From the NCBI GenBank assembly GCA_013203045.1, contig JABMQN010000275.1:4515-68514 (forward strand): 64,000 nt of DNA, written 5' to 3'. The notes beneath the pieces are model-generated. The model was not told the origin of the DNA. It searched no databases and worked only from the letters and a program-made list of their open reading frames with translations. Below are positions 9,525-18,259 of this stretch, one piece after another. Made by a program: the position numbers and the translations under genes. The DNA comes from Chloroflexota bacterium (GTDB lineage: Bacteria; Chloroflexota; Dehalococcoidia; SZUA-161; SpSt-899). Each line of letters starts with the position of its first letter. Positions within the stretch are counted from its first letter, which is position 1.

Positions 9525-10427
9525 ATGGGAGACAGACTGAAAGGCCGAGTGGCCGTGATTTCCGGTTCCAGCATGGGAATCGGCCGGGCGCTGGCCGTCG
9601 ATATGGCCAAAGAAGGCGCTGACATCATTGTCAATGCCCGTAACGTGGACAAATGCAAAGAGGTCGTTGCTGAAATCGAAGCGCTGGGACAGAAGGCTGT
9701 AGCAGTTGCTGCCGATATCTCCATCAAGGAACAGGCGGAAAACCTGATCAATGCCGCGGTAGAGAATTTCGGCAAGATCGATATTCTGGTCAACAATGCC
9801 GGTTTCTTAAAAGACCGTATGCTCTGGAAGATGTCCGATGAGGAATACGACGATATTATGAAGGTCTTCATTTACGGGTACTTCTACTGCCTGCGCCGTG
9901 CCGGTACCCTGATGAGAGATAATGGCTATGGCAGGATCATCAACATGTCCTCCCGCGTTGCTCTCGGGAACGTGGGACAGGTCAATTATGGTACCGCCAA
10001 AACCGGTATTCTGGGGATGACCCGCTGTGCCGCCCGTGACTTGGGAAGAAAGAGCATAACCGTCAATACCATTTTCCCCGGAGCTGCCAGCCGCTTAACA
10101 ACGACCACGGAGGTTATGGATAGCAAACAGAAGCGGACGGAAAAGGATATAACCACTACCGCCAAGATCGGTGACCAGCTGGAAGAACCCGAGTGCTTCA
10201 CACCGTTCATAACCTGGCTTTGCAGTGAAGAGGCCGCCAATGTTAATGGCCAGACTTTCTTCGTACGCGGACGCCAGATCAGCAAGTACTCCGCCGCACC
10301 AGTTATGGAGGGCACTATTTATGCTCCTAATGAAGGCTGGACAGTTGACGAGGTAGCAGAGTTGTTCCCGAAGACTTTGGGTGAAGGCATTGTCAATCCG
10401 GCACCACCCCAGCCACCGAAAGAATAG
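9525..10427 (+). CDS. short-chain dehydrogenase/reductase with ~50-aa C-terminal extension
   Basis: ISGSSMGIGRALA, NNAG, and YGTAK. The start is likely MGDRLKGRVAV at 9525. Confidence 0.85.
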   Translation: MGDRLKGRVAVISGSSMGIGRALAVDMAKEGADIIVNARNVDKCKEVVAEIEALGQKAVAVAADISIKEQAENLINAAVENFGKIDILVNNAGFLKDRMLWKMSDEEYDDIMKVFIYGYFYCLRRAGTLMRDNGYGRIINMSSRVALGNVGQVNYGTAKTGILGMTRCAARDLGRKSITVNTIFPGAASRLTTTTEVMDSKQKRTEKDITTTAKIGDQLEEPECFTPFITWLCSEEAANVNGQTFFVRGRQISKYSAAPVMEGTIYAPNEGWTVDEVAELFPKTLGEGIVNPAPPQPPKE

Positions 10428-10595
10428 ATACTGGAAGATCTTTCTGAAATTTATCAAACCTCCCTTCGGTAAACCGTGGGGAGTTTTTAAATTAGATGGT
10501 GTCATTCTGAAGGAGCAACGTGACTGAAGAATCTCCATTGCAGGAAAAGAGATTCTTCGCTACGCTCAGAATGACAATTCAACTCTGGTAACGAA

Positions 10596-11381
10596 ATGAC
10601 CGACCGACTCAAAAACAAAGTAGCCATTATAACCGGCTCCGGTTCCGAATACGGGATCGGGAGGGCGACTGCTCTGCTCTTTGCCAAAGAAGGGGCAAAA
10701 GTAGTGGTTGCCGATATCAACGAGGAAGCTTCCAGGGCGGTGGTCACGGAAATCAAAGATGCCAGGGGAACAGCCATTCAGATTCCTACAGACGTCACCG
10801 AAGTAAGTCAGGTAAAACGTATGGTCAAAGGTGCCATCCGATCATTCGGAACTATCGATATTCTGGTGAACACCGCGGCTAACTATCGTGATAAATCCAT
10901 CCTGAAGATGACCGAACAGGATTTCCACGAAATCATTGATGTTTGCCTCAATGGCGCCTTTTATTGTACCAAGTATGCCGTCGAATACATGATAGCTGCG
11001 GCCAGAAACGAGGCCAAAGAGGGTAATCCGGTTCCCTGCCGCAAGATTATTCACTTCACTTCGGGAGCCGGACTGCGGGGTAATCCGGGTCAGGCCAACT
11101 ACAGCGCAGCCAAAGCGGGAATCATTGGACTTGCCAAATCGAATGCCAAGGAATTCGCTCGATATAATATCACCGTCAATGCCATCTCTCCGTTCGCGTT
11201 GACCCCCCTAACAGACCTGATGCCGGATGATCTTAAAGAAACATTTGAGACCAAGGTCCCACTGGGACGCTGGGGTGACCCTGAAAAGGATATCACCCCT
11301 GTTGCTTTGTTCCTGGCTTCAGAGGATTCCAATTACATTACCGGACAGGTCATTATTGCCAGTGGTGGTTTGGATATTTAG
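10596..11381 (+). CDS. short-chain dehydrogenase/reductase
   Basis: ITGSGSEYGIGRATA, NTAA, and YSAAK motifs. 261 aa. Confidence 0.85.
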   Translation: MTDRLKNKVAIITGSGSEYGIGRATALLFAKEGAKVVVADINEEASRAVVTEIKDARGTAIQIPTDVTEVSQVKRMVKGAIRSFGTIDILVNTAANYRDKSILKMTEQDFHEIIDVCLNGAFYCTKYAVEYMIAAARNEAKEGNPVPCRKIIHFTSGAGLRGNPGQANYSAAKAGIIGLAKSNAKEFARYNITVNAISPFALTPLTDLMPDDLKETFETKVPLGRWGDPEKDITPVALFLASEDSNYITGQVIIASGGLDI

Positions 11382-11569
11382 GCGGTTGTGTTGGCCCTCC
11401 GCTTGCGTGTACTTCTTTTGTCCTGTATGCTTATATCAGTGGTTTAATAAAGGTTACCAGTTCCACAGGCACCCCCTGGACTTCCCCTTAAGGGCTTTTC
11501 AAGGCAAGGTTCTAAAAGATATTGGATGACCGGAATTGAGTTCACAATACTTGAAAAGGAGGTCATTCA

Positions 11570-11866
11570 ATGAGTTTCACTGATAGAGAACTGCAATGCG
11601 CCGATTGTGGAGCAACGTTCACCTTTAGTGCTAACGAGCAGGAGTTCTTTGCCGAGAAGGGTTTCACCAACGATCCCAAACGCTGTCCTGACTGTCGTTC
11701 AGCCAGAAAGATGGAACGTGGTGACAGGCGTGGTCCCAGGCAAATGTACCCGGCCGTATGCGCCGAATGTGGTATCGATACCGAAGTGCCGTTCCTGCCC
11801 AAACAAGACAGGCCGGTATATTGCAGCCAGTGCTATAATAGCGTTGGCTCTGCAAGCAGGCGATAG
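11570..11866 (+). CDS. zinc-ribbon domain protein (zf-trcl-like, two CxxC pairs x2)
   Basis: MSFTDRELQCADCGATFTFSANEQEFFAEKGFTNDPKRCPDCR ... CAECG...CSQCY is the characteristic probable-zinc-ribbon family. An AAGGAGG RBS sits upstream. Confidence 0.7.
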   Translation: MSFTDRELQCADCGATFTFSANEQEFFAEKGFTNDPKRCPDCRSARKMERGDRRGPRQMYPAVCAECGIDTEVPFLPKQDRPVYCSQCYNSVGSASRR

Positions 11867-11985
11867 CCTCAAACACAACAAAGTGATGAAAGAGAGGCCG
11901 GGGCCAGTTTCCGGTCTCTCTTTTATGATATCATTGATGCAGGAGTGAGAGCCTGTGGACAACAGATTCTTTTGAGGAGGTTATC

Positions 11986-12351
11986 ATCACCAATAAGATT
12001 TTTGTAGGAAATCTGAATTTCGAAACGATGCGAAGCGATATCGAAGGTCTTTTTGCTCAGTCTGGCGGTGTTATTGACGTATCAATCCCAACCGACCGGG
12101 ATACCGGTCGTCCAAGAGGATTCGCTTTTGTGGAATTTGTCGATGAACCATCTGCCATGAAAGCTATCGAAATGTTCGATGGGTATGATCTGCAGGGCAG
12201 GACGCTTCGAGTGAATCTGGCAGAAAAGCAACAGCAGCGCCCTCGTAGCTTTAGCGATTCCGGTCCATCTGGTGGGGGGTATCAAGGTTCGCGCGGTTCC
12301 AAACCAAAGGGCAGTCGCCGTAATATTCGTGCTCAAAAACGTGGGTATTGA
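11986..12351 (+). CDS. RNA-binding protein, RRM domain (RNP-2 IFVGNL, RNP-1 RGFAFVEF) with Gly/Arg-rich tail
   Basis: The first ATG (12028) lies downstream of the RNP-2 motif KIFVGNLNF, which is encoded in-frame at 11995..12021. A strong GAGGAGG at 11974..11980 points to a non-canonical start (ATC/ATT) near 11986; see findings. Confidence 0.7.
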   Translation: MTNKIFVGNLNFETMRSDIEGLFAQSGGVIDVSIPTDRDTGRPRGFAFVEFVDEPSAMKAIEMFDGYDLQGRTLRVNLAEKQQQRPRSFSDSGPSGGGYQGSRGSKPKGSRRNIRAQKRGY

Positions 12352-12391
12352 AGATTTGCTCAAATGAGATATCCCAGACGTCCCGATGTGA

Positions 12392-12425
12392 AAACAGGCT
12401 GACCGGAAGGTCGCCTGTTTTTTTG
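12392..12425 (+). terminator. rho-independent terminator after RRM gene
   Basis: ACAGGCtgaccggaaggtcGCCTGT followed by TTTTTTT. Confidence 0.75.
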
Positions 12426-12715
12426 TTAATCGGGTTTTTAAATTACTAGCGCTGTGCATCAAGTGACAGGCATACCGATTTACCATTACTCTGGCAATTA
12501 AATATTGTTAGAATAACGAGCTCTATCTTAATATTAATGACTCTCGCGAAGCCGCTAAGATCGCAAAGAAGTGAAAATACAAACTTTACGTTCATTGCGT
12601 CTTAGCGAGGAAATATGAACTCCAGCAGCAAAACGTGGAGGGGTGGGAGGACTGACAGCCGACAAATGATAGCTGACAGCACACTAGATGCCGGCACCGA
12701 TTTGCGAGTTACCGT

Positions 12716-12743
12716 TTTCGAACACCTTCCATCTTTGTTATAA
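12716..12743 (+). promoter_or_regulatory. sigma70-like promoter candidate for SDR gene at 12769
   Basis: TTCGAA - 16 nt - TATAAT. A GAAGGAGG RBS and the ATG at 12769 lie downstream. Confidence 0.45.
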
Positions 12744-12768
12744 TTTTCATGACTTGAAGGAGGTAATA

Positions 12769-13566
12769 ATGGGAACACTTGATGGGAAAGTAGCAGTGAT
12801 TACAGGTTCCGGCCGAGGTATCGGCAAAGAAACTGCCAGAATATTTGCCCGCGAGGGCGCCAGCGTGGTGATAAATGATGTGGATGAAGCTGTGGCTGCT
12901 GAAGCGGTTAAAGACCTTGAGGCCGAAGGCGGAACAGCGGCCTATTGCGTTGCCGATATACGCCAACTTGAAGAAGCCAAGAAACTGATGAAAACAGCCG
13001 TTGATGAGTTTGGCAAACTGGATATCCTGGTCAATAACGCCGGGATCGCCCGGGATACACTTGCCGGAAGGATGAGCGAGGAGCAATGGCAACTGGTCAT
13101 CGATATCAATCTGACAGGCACTTTCAACTGCATCCGGGCAGCATCCAAATATATGATGAAGAAAAGCCATGGCGGAAGAGTGATAAACATCTCTTCTGTA
13201 GTTGGTTTGGCAGGAAACATGGGACAGATCAATTATGCGGCCTCAAAAGCTGGCATTATCGGCATGACAAAAACTCTTGCCCGCGAATGGATGCGTTATG
13301 GCGTGACGGTCAACGCGGTCGCTTTCGGCGGTGTGGATACTCGATTCACCGCGGTAAAAGATGCTTCAGAAGAGGCTTTTGGCGAAAAGATCGGCATTCC
13401 GGAAAAGGCCCGTGAGGGGATGGTGGAACGGATGGAGACGCAGACCATTTTTGGCGGGATGACTACTCCAGAGCAGGCTGCTCAGTGTATCTACCTTTTA
13501 GCCCTTGATGAGGCTTCCTACATCACTGGTAACGTTTTGAATGCTACCGGTGGGTTGTACATGTAA
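12769..13566 (+). CDS. short-chain dehydrogenase/reductase
   Basis: MGTLDGKVAVITGSGRGIGKETA, NNAG, and YAASK motifs. A GGAGG RBS sits upstream; the track ORF started further upstream at 12688. Confidence 0.85.
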   Translation: MGTLDGKVAVITGSGRGIGKETARIFAREGASVVINDVDEAVAAEAVKDLEAEGGTAAYCVADIRQLEEAKKLMKTAVDEFGKLDILVNNAGIARDTLAGRMSEEQWQLVIDINLTGTFNCIRAASKYMMKKSHGGRVINISSVVGLAGNMGQINYAASKAGIIGMTKTLAREWMRYGVTVNAVAFGGVDTRFTAVKDASEEAFGEKIGIPEKAREGMVERMETQTIFGGMTTPEQAAQCIYLLALDEASYITGNVLNATGGLYM

Positions 13567-13567
13567 A

Positions 13568-13610
13568 ATAAAAGGGCGGGTTTTCAAACCCGCCCTTTAA
13601 CCTTCTTTTA
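13568..13610. terminator. bidirectional intrinsic terminator between convergent SDR (+) and GNAT (-) genes
   Basis: AAAGGGCGGGTTTtcaaAACCCGCCCTTT is a perfect 13-bp stem flanked by A/T runs on both sides. Confidence 0.7.
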
Positions 13611-14130
13611 GGGAAGCAACAGCTTCCATCTCAATAAACTCCTGCCCTTTCCTTACAATACGGCCACATGGAGTAAATCCACATCTTTCAAAGCATTCCT
13701 GCGCCCTGATATTCCATTCCAAAGTATGTAGAAATATCCTTTTCATCCCCATATCTTCAAAAATATGTTGCATCAGGGTCTTCACTGCGTCGGTGCCGTA
13801 TCCTTTTCCCCAGTATTCCCGATCGCCGATCAAAATGCCCATTTCTGCTTCTTTGCTCACCTTATCAAAGTTATAGCAAACACAATTGCCAATATGTTCA
13901 CCACTCAGCGTTTCAATGGCAAATTGCTTTTTGTCTAGATCACTTATTCCTTCATGATAGGCTACTAAGTATACAGAAAAAGGTATTTGGTAGGTTTCAG
14001 CAGCATCTAGACGTGTGAGCTCACGGTCAGTAGCCCAAGCATAATCGTTACTTGCATCCTCAAGTTGCTTTTCGCGCAGGATTACTTTCTGGCCATATAA
14101 CCGCTTGACTTGCCCTTCGTTCGTCATCAT
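13597..14130 (-). CDS. GNAT-family N-acetyltransferase (RimJ/RimL-like)
   Basis: 177 aa with an acetyl-CoA-binding region IGDREYWGKGYGTDAVKTL. Confidence 0.75.
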   Translation of the reverse strand: MMTNEGQVKRLYGQKVILREKQLEDASNDYAWATDRELTRLDAAETYQIPFSVYLVAYHEGISDLDKKQFAIETLSGEHIGNCVCYNFDKVSKEAEMGILIGDREYWGKGYGTDAVKTLMQHIFEDMGMKRIFLHTLEWNIRAQECFERCGFTPCGRIVRKGQEFIEMEAVASLKEG

Positions 14131-14412
14131 TGTTGCTATTCTATGGCCCGTTCCAGATGTGTGTCAAGAAAAGTGATGCATGATTCGTTTCCCTTAATAG
14201 AGAAAGTTTCCTAACAAACTGGGAAGTTTGTATCACCGGTTTGTACATATAGTCAAGCCGATATCTCCATCAAGAACTGACAACTACATCTTGATTCGAC
14301 TATAAGAGGTTTGAACTTAAACATTCAGATACTCGAGGTCTCACGTAATACCAGGACTGGCATTTCACTCTACAGCTAGAATGGATTCGTGAAAAACTGC
14401 TGAGATGCTAGT

Positions 14413-15051
14413 TCATAGGGACAATAGTTCATCCAGCTCAGCAATGGCGAGAGAGAGATCGTTTCCCACATGAACTGTTTGCATACCAAGCGAGCTTGCA
14501 GCTTCAATGTTGGCCGGGAAGTCATCGAGAAAAACGGTGCACTCTGGAGTCAATCCGCCCAAGCGTTCCAAAGTGATCCGGAATATCTTCGGATCAGGCT
14601 TTCGTATTCCCTCGTGGCTGGAATCTACCACCAAATCGAACAGGTCATCAACTGGCAAGAGTCCCCGCCAGCCATCAGAAAACTCCCTGATATTATTGGT
14701 AAGCAAGGCAGTAGGGTAACCTTTCTTCTTGAGGTCTGCCACCCGATCCACCAGTTCGTAGCGCAAGCCAGCATCGCGGGGCATCTTTTCGAAGAACTGA
14801 TAGATATCTACCTCCAGACCACAAATTTCATGACCTAGATGGAGGATTTCATCGCGCGCCTGCTCCAAAGTGATTTCACCACGCTCCAGGCAATGCCATG
14901 GATGGTCGCTGTCTTCCGCAGGGGGGCCAAACATAATTTCAACAATTTGTCCCGGTGCAGCGCCGAGTTCTGATCCTAGGTCTTCGCAAGAGGGCAACGG
15001 AGATGCGGTAAATACACCTCCGAAATCAAATATCACAGCATCGATTTTCAC
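14413..15051 (-). CDS. HAD-superfamily hydrolase (subfamily IA)
   Basis: Motif I KIDAVIFDFGGV and HAD motifs II-IV. I prefer a GTG start at 15051 (AAGGTG RBS, giving MKIDAVIFDFGGV) over the track start at 15117, because the latter would overlap the upstream gene by 53 nt. Confidence 0.7.
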   Translation of the reverse strand: MKIDAVIFDFGGVFTASPLPSCEDLGSELGAAPGQIVEIMFGPPAEDSDHPWHCLERGEITLEQARDEILHLGHEICGLEVDIYQFFEKMPRDAGLRYELVDRVADLKKKGYPTALLTNNIREFSDGWRGLLPVDDLFDLVVDSSHEGIRKPDPKIFRITLERLGGLTPECTVFLDDFPANIEAASSLGMQTVHVGNDLSLAIAELDELLSL

Positions 15052-15064
15052 ATTAGGCACCTTA

Positions 15065-16228
15065 TCAAATACGTCGTTTCGATTCCTCAAGGATCGGCAG
15101 GAAAACATTGCGTTCATTAGGCTTCATCTGAATCACATCATCCGGACAATGCAATGCACATAATCCACAGCCGCAGCACATTTCCGAGTTTATCACGGCA
15201 ATACCTTCCTCGCCAACTGCAATCGCGCTGACAGGACAGTACTCTTCGCATGTGCCGCATCCGGTGCAAGCATCCGGATCAACAATATTGGCAATATAAT
15301 ACGCTTTCAGCATAAATGGGATGATCCCTCGATTATAGTTACCAAAAGCTGCGCAGCAATCCCAGCAACAATTGCACAGGATATCAACATCATACTTGGC
15401 ATTGAAATCCTTGAGCGGCATGAGCCTGCCGACCTGGTGAATGCACCCTTTTTGCTGGTATTCCTTAATAAGCCGAATCGCCTCCTCTTTAGTAATACGG
15501 CGCGCAATGCCACGATTGATCAAGTGCTCTGCCGCAGGACCCAAAGCCATGCAGCTTTCATATGGGAGATGCTGCCTGCACGGGTCCCCATCCACCCTAC
15601 GATGTTCCCGGCAAAAGCAATGACTGAGAGTGATCACTTCGTCTTCGTCCAGCTTCTCAAAAATGTTAAGAATACTATGAGCCGGGTAGATCTCATTTAC
15701 GTCCGGGCGTACAGCCTCTTGAACAGGTATGATCTTGGAACCATCCGGATTCACCACGGCCAGGGAACGATGGGGGGCTACGTCCTGCATGACCTCGTTG
15801 ATGATCTCAGGGGGAATGGCCTTAGCCGCATTAAAGAAGGTAATGAGGCGTTTGCAAAATTCCTGTCTATCCGGCGTATTGGCTCCTCTCATTATATACA
15901 TTTCGAACCAGCCCGGGAAGATGGACATTAAATGGTAAATAGGCTCAGTATCACCCTCTGCCGGTGATGGCTGAGCGATATGGGTTTTATCCAGCAGGAT
16001 ATTGAATATACGATCGAACTCCTCTTTAGTAAGGCTAACTCGCTCTTCTATATCCGCACGTGTCCTGTTCCCGCCACCCATTTTGAGAAGGAAATCGACC
16101 TCCTCCGGTTCCAGCGCCGGATCGAAGACGTATAGCAGGTCATCCGTAACCATGGTAGGTGCTTCGGACTGTTCATTCATCAGGTTTGCCAGTTCCGCCA
16201 GCTTGTCCTTATTATTCTTGAATTCCAT
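15065..16228 (-). CDS. Cys-rich iron-sulfur protein with C-terminal 2x[4Fe-4S] ferredoxin domain (paralog of 21661..22632)
   Basis: CTGCGTCEEYCP and CCGCGLCALHCP are two CxxCxxCxxxCP motifs. An unusual cluster LCNCCWDCCAAFG is also present. The N-terminal ~250 aa are of unknown function. Confidence 0.6.
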   Translation of the reverse strand: MEFKNNKDKLAELANLMNEQSEAPTMVTDDLLYVFDPALEPEEVDFLLKMGGGNRTRADIEERVSLTKEEFDRIFNILLDKTHIAQPSPAEGDTEPIYHLMSIFPGWFEMYIMRGANTPDRQEFCKRLITFFNAAKAIPPEIINEVMQDVAPHRSLAVVNPDGSKIIPVQEAVRPDVNEIYPAHSILNIFEKLDEDEVITLSHCFCREHRRVDGDPCRQHLPYESCMALGPAAEHLINRGIARRITKEEAIRLIKEYQQKGCIHQVGRLMPLKDFNAKYDVDILCNCCWDCCAAFGNYNRGIIPFMLKAYYIANIVDPDACTGCGTCEEYCPVSAIAVGEEGIAVINSEMCCGCGLCALHCPDDVIQMKPNERNVFLPILEESKRRI

Positions 16229-16282
16229 TGCTCATTCCTCCGTTTTAGCCTTGTTTATTCCAGCGTGTAAACACGCCCTTTT

Positions 16283-16750
16283 CTACGTGATAGGTTCTAT
16301 GCTTACCCCACGCTCGACTGCTTTTTCCTGATATGAAGTGTACGTTTGAGTGACTTTTCCCCCCGTACTACCGGCAAGAAGATGGTTTGTTAAAATTGCC
16401 AGATCCCAGTATTCACGCCACACCGCAATCTTGCCATCACATATCACAAATGAATCCATCACTGGAACCATAACAGAACTGCCGTCTTTCAGGAAAGTCA
16501 GCTCTTCGCGTTCGAGTAATACAATGTCACCTTCCCCGACTATGTTGAGCAGCTTTCCTTCAAAATGATCGCACATATCTCGATAGGCATCAAGGATAGC
16601 ATAGATTTCATCTGGTCCCTGAACTGAAGGGCCTTTATCACATCGGTTCTCGTAAATTGCATCTTCTGTGAACCACTCCCGCGCCATGTCAGGAGTAAGG
16701 ATATACCACTCTAATGCGCAACGAGTGGTAAGGTCTTTGTTAGCCGACAT
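16283..16750 (-). CDS. NTF2-like / SnoaL-fold protein (limonene-epoxide-hydrolase-like size and fold)
   Basis: 155 aa with an alpha+beta cone-fold signature (EWYILTPDMAREWFTEDAIYEN...) and no other domains. Confidence 0.5.
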   Translation of the reverse strand: MSANKDLTTRCALEWYILTPDMAREWFTEDAIYENRCDKGPSVQGPDEIYAILDAYRDMCDHFEGKLLNIVGEGDIVLLEREELTFLKDGSSVMVPVMDSFVICDGKIAVWREYWDLAILTNHLLAGSTGGKVTQTYTSYQEKAVERGVSIEPIT

Positions 16751-16807
16751 GCTAATACCTCCTCAGTAACGCTGTTGCCCACGGTTTTTATCGCGAAACT
16801 CGGACTG

Positions 16808-18181
16808 TTATCCATCTAACTTTGCGATAACATCCTCGAGCAGATGGAGCACAGCGTGATCACCATCAATTTGAAGTTCGCCGCTCGTCCAGGCATGAAA
16901 CTGGTTCATCTCCCCTTTTCGAATCGCTGCCCAGATTTCAGCCGGCATGGTAACTGTAGTGGTGGGATTTGCAGCCATTCCCTCATGACGGCTCACGCTA
17001 CCGTTTTCACAAATCAGATACCAGTCAGTTGCCTCAGGTCCGGTAAGCCGATACTGAACCGTTGCCTCCAGATCCTCAATTCTGGTGATCTCTCTCCCCG
17101 CCGTGCCAGGAACCGGCAAGTTGAGTATTCTGGCGAGATACTGGGTGCAGAAATTATCTCTATCAGGATCATCGCCAGGCAGTGAAACACCTATCTGCTT
17201 CAGGTTCCGCTGAACCTTGACCACATGCAAACCCATAACACACGCTGCCCGGACCTCATTGTAGAAATAATGTTTTACTTTCCTGCCGGTTAACTCTTCG
17301 TATCGCTGAATGGTCTCTTCTTTGCTCGGGAAGCCATCTAGCCTCGGGACACCGATACCCTCACCTAATAGATAATCAGTAGTAATGAGAAACGCCAAAT
17401 CTGATTCGGGGTCTCCGATGTGAGAGATATCCCAGTCCAGCAATCCTAACAAGTCTCCTGCCGGGCTAAAGATCGAATTGGGAAACCGGGCATCGCCCCA
17501 GCACAACGAGACATGTTCAGGCTCATACCGATTCTCTTTGAGCCAGGCCAGCGCTGCTTCAAGGATTGGGTGTGTTTCGTCTGGAGTATCTTTAGTCCAA
17601 TCGAGGAATTTCTCCCAGCGGTCAAGGTCCTGATCTACCGGACCGGTGCCATGGGGGGGAATCGTAAGGAAAGAGAAGTCCATACTCTTCCAGTCCAACG
17701 TATGCAAACGGGCCATGCCTTCGATGAGTTGCCACCACATCTTTTCCCGTAATTCGGGACTGGCGTCATAGCAAATCCCAAAAGAGTGATAAGGCGGGAA
17801 TTCGGAGGGCACAGTGCCATCTAGTTTGTTCATTAGGTAAAACGGTGTGCCGAAAATGCTTGTATCGCTTTCAAACCAGTAAACCCTGGGCGCCGGAACA
17901 TTCGTATTTCCCAGCTGTTCCAGTATGCGGAATTGCATCTCGACCTTAGGTTCCGGATAGATGGGATAGACCGTGCCTTCACATCTTAGAATCATCCCAG
18001 CGGACTTGTGTTCCCCGCCTTCATCCCATGACAGGTCGAAGAGGAAACTTTCGTTGGTAAAGCCTGCCCCTGATCGTTCTAAATCCGAAATCGCGAAATT
18101 CGAGGCTTGGGGCATCTTCTTTCGAAGCCAGCCCAGAAGTTTCGATTGCATGTCCAGCAGGTCAACGTCACGGGACATCAT
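16808..18181 (-). CDS. APH-like phosphotransferase (ACAD10/11-kinase-like) fused to C-terminal SCP2 sterol/lipid-binding domain
   Basis: Brenner-like catalytic segment LCWGDARFPNSIF and the metal-binding motif LLDWDISHIGDPESD. The C-terminal ~100 aa (TGPEATDWYLICENG...MNQFHAWTSGELQIDGDHAVLHLLE) is SCP2-like. Confidence 0.7.
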   Translation of the reverse strand: MMSRDVDLLDMQSKLLGWLRKKMPQASNFAISDLERSGAGFTNESFLFDLSWDEGGEHKSAGMILRCEGTVYPIYPEPKVEMQFRILEQLGNTNVPAPRVYWFESDTSIFGTPFYLMNKLDGTVPSEFPPYHSFGICYDASPELREKMWWQLIEGMARLHTLDWKSMDFSFLTIPPHGTGPVDQDLDRWEKFLDWTKDTPDETHPILEAALAWLKENRYEPEHVSLCWGDARFPNSIFSPAGDLLGLLDWDISHIGDPESDLAFLITTDYLLGEGIGVPRLDGFPSKEETIQRYEELTGRKVKHYFYNEVRAACVMGLHVVKVQRNLKQIGVSLPGDDPDRDNFCTQYLARILNLPVPGTAGREITRIEDLEATVQYRLTGPEATDWYLICENGSVSRHEGMAANPTTTVTMPAEIWAAIRKGEMNQFHAWTSGELQIDGDHAVLHLLEDVIAKLDG

Positions 18182-18192
18182 GTCGCACCTCT

Positions 18193-18251
18193 TTTTCGTA
18201 GCGCGACCCTTCAGGATCGCTTTTTGGCGGGGCTAAAGCCTCGCGCTACAT
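18193..18251. repeat. palindromic extragenic repeat copy A (TIR TTCGTAGCGCGA ... TCGCGCTACAT)
   Basis: Its 11-bp terminal inverted repeats and the core CCTTCAGGATCGCTT match the longer copy at 32068..32189. Confidence 0.55.
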
Positions 18252-18259
18252 GTTAATGA

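Noticed and set aside
12709-13232. Minus-strand ORFs 12709..13170 and 12942..13232
   Set aside because: They are antisense to the SDR gene, which has canonical TGxxxGIG and YxxxK motifs.
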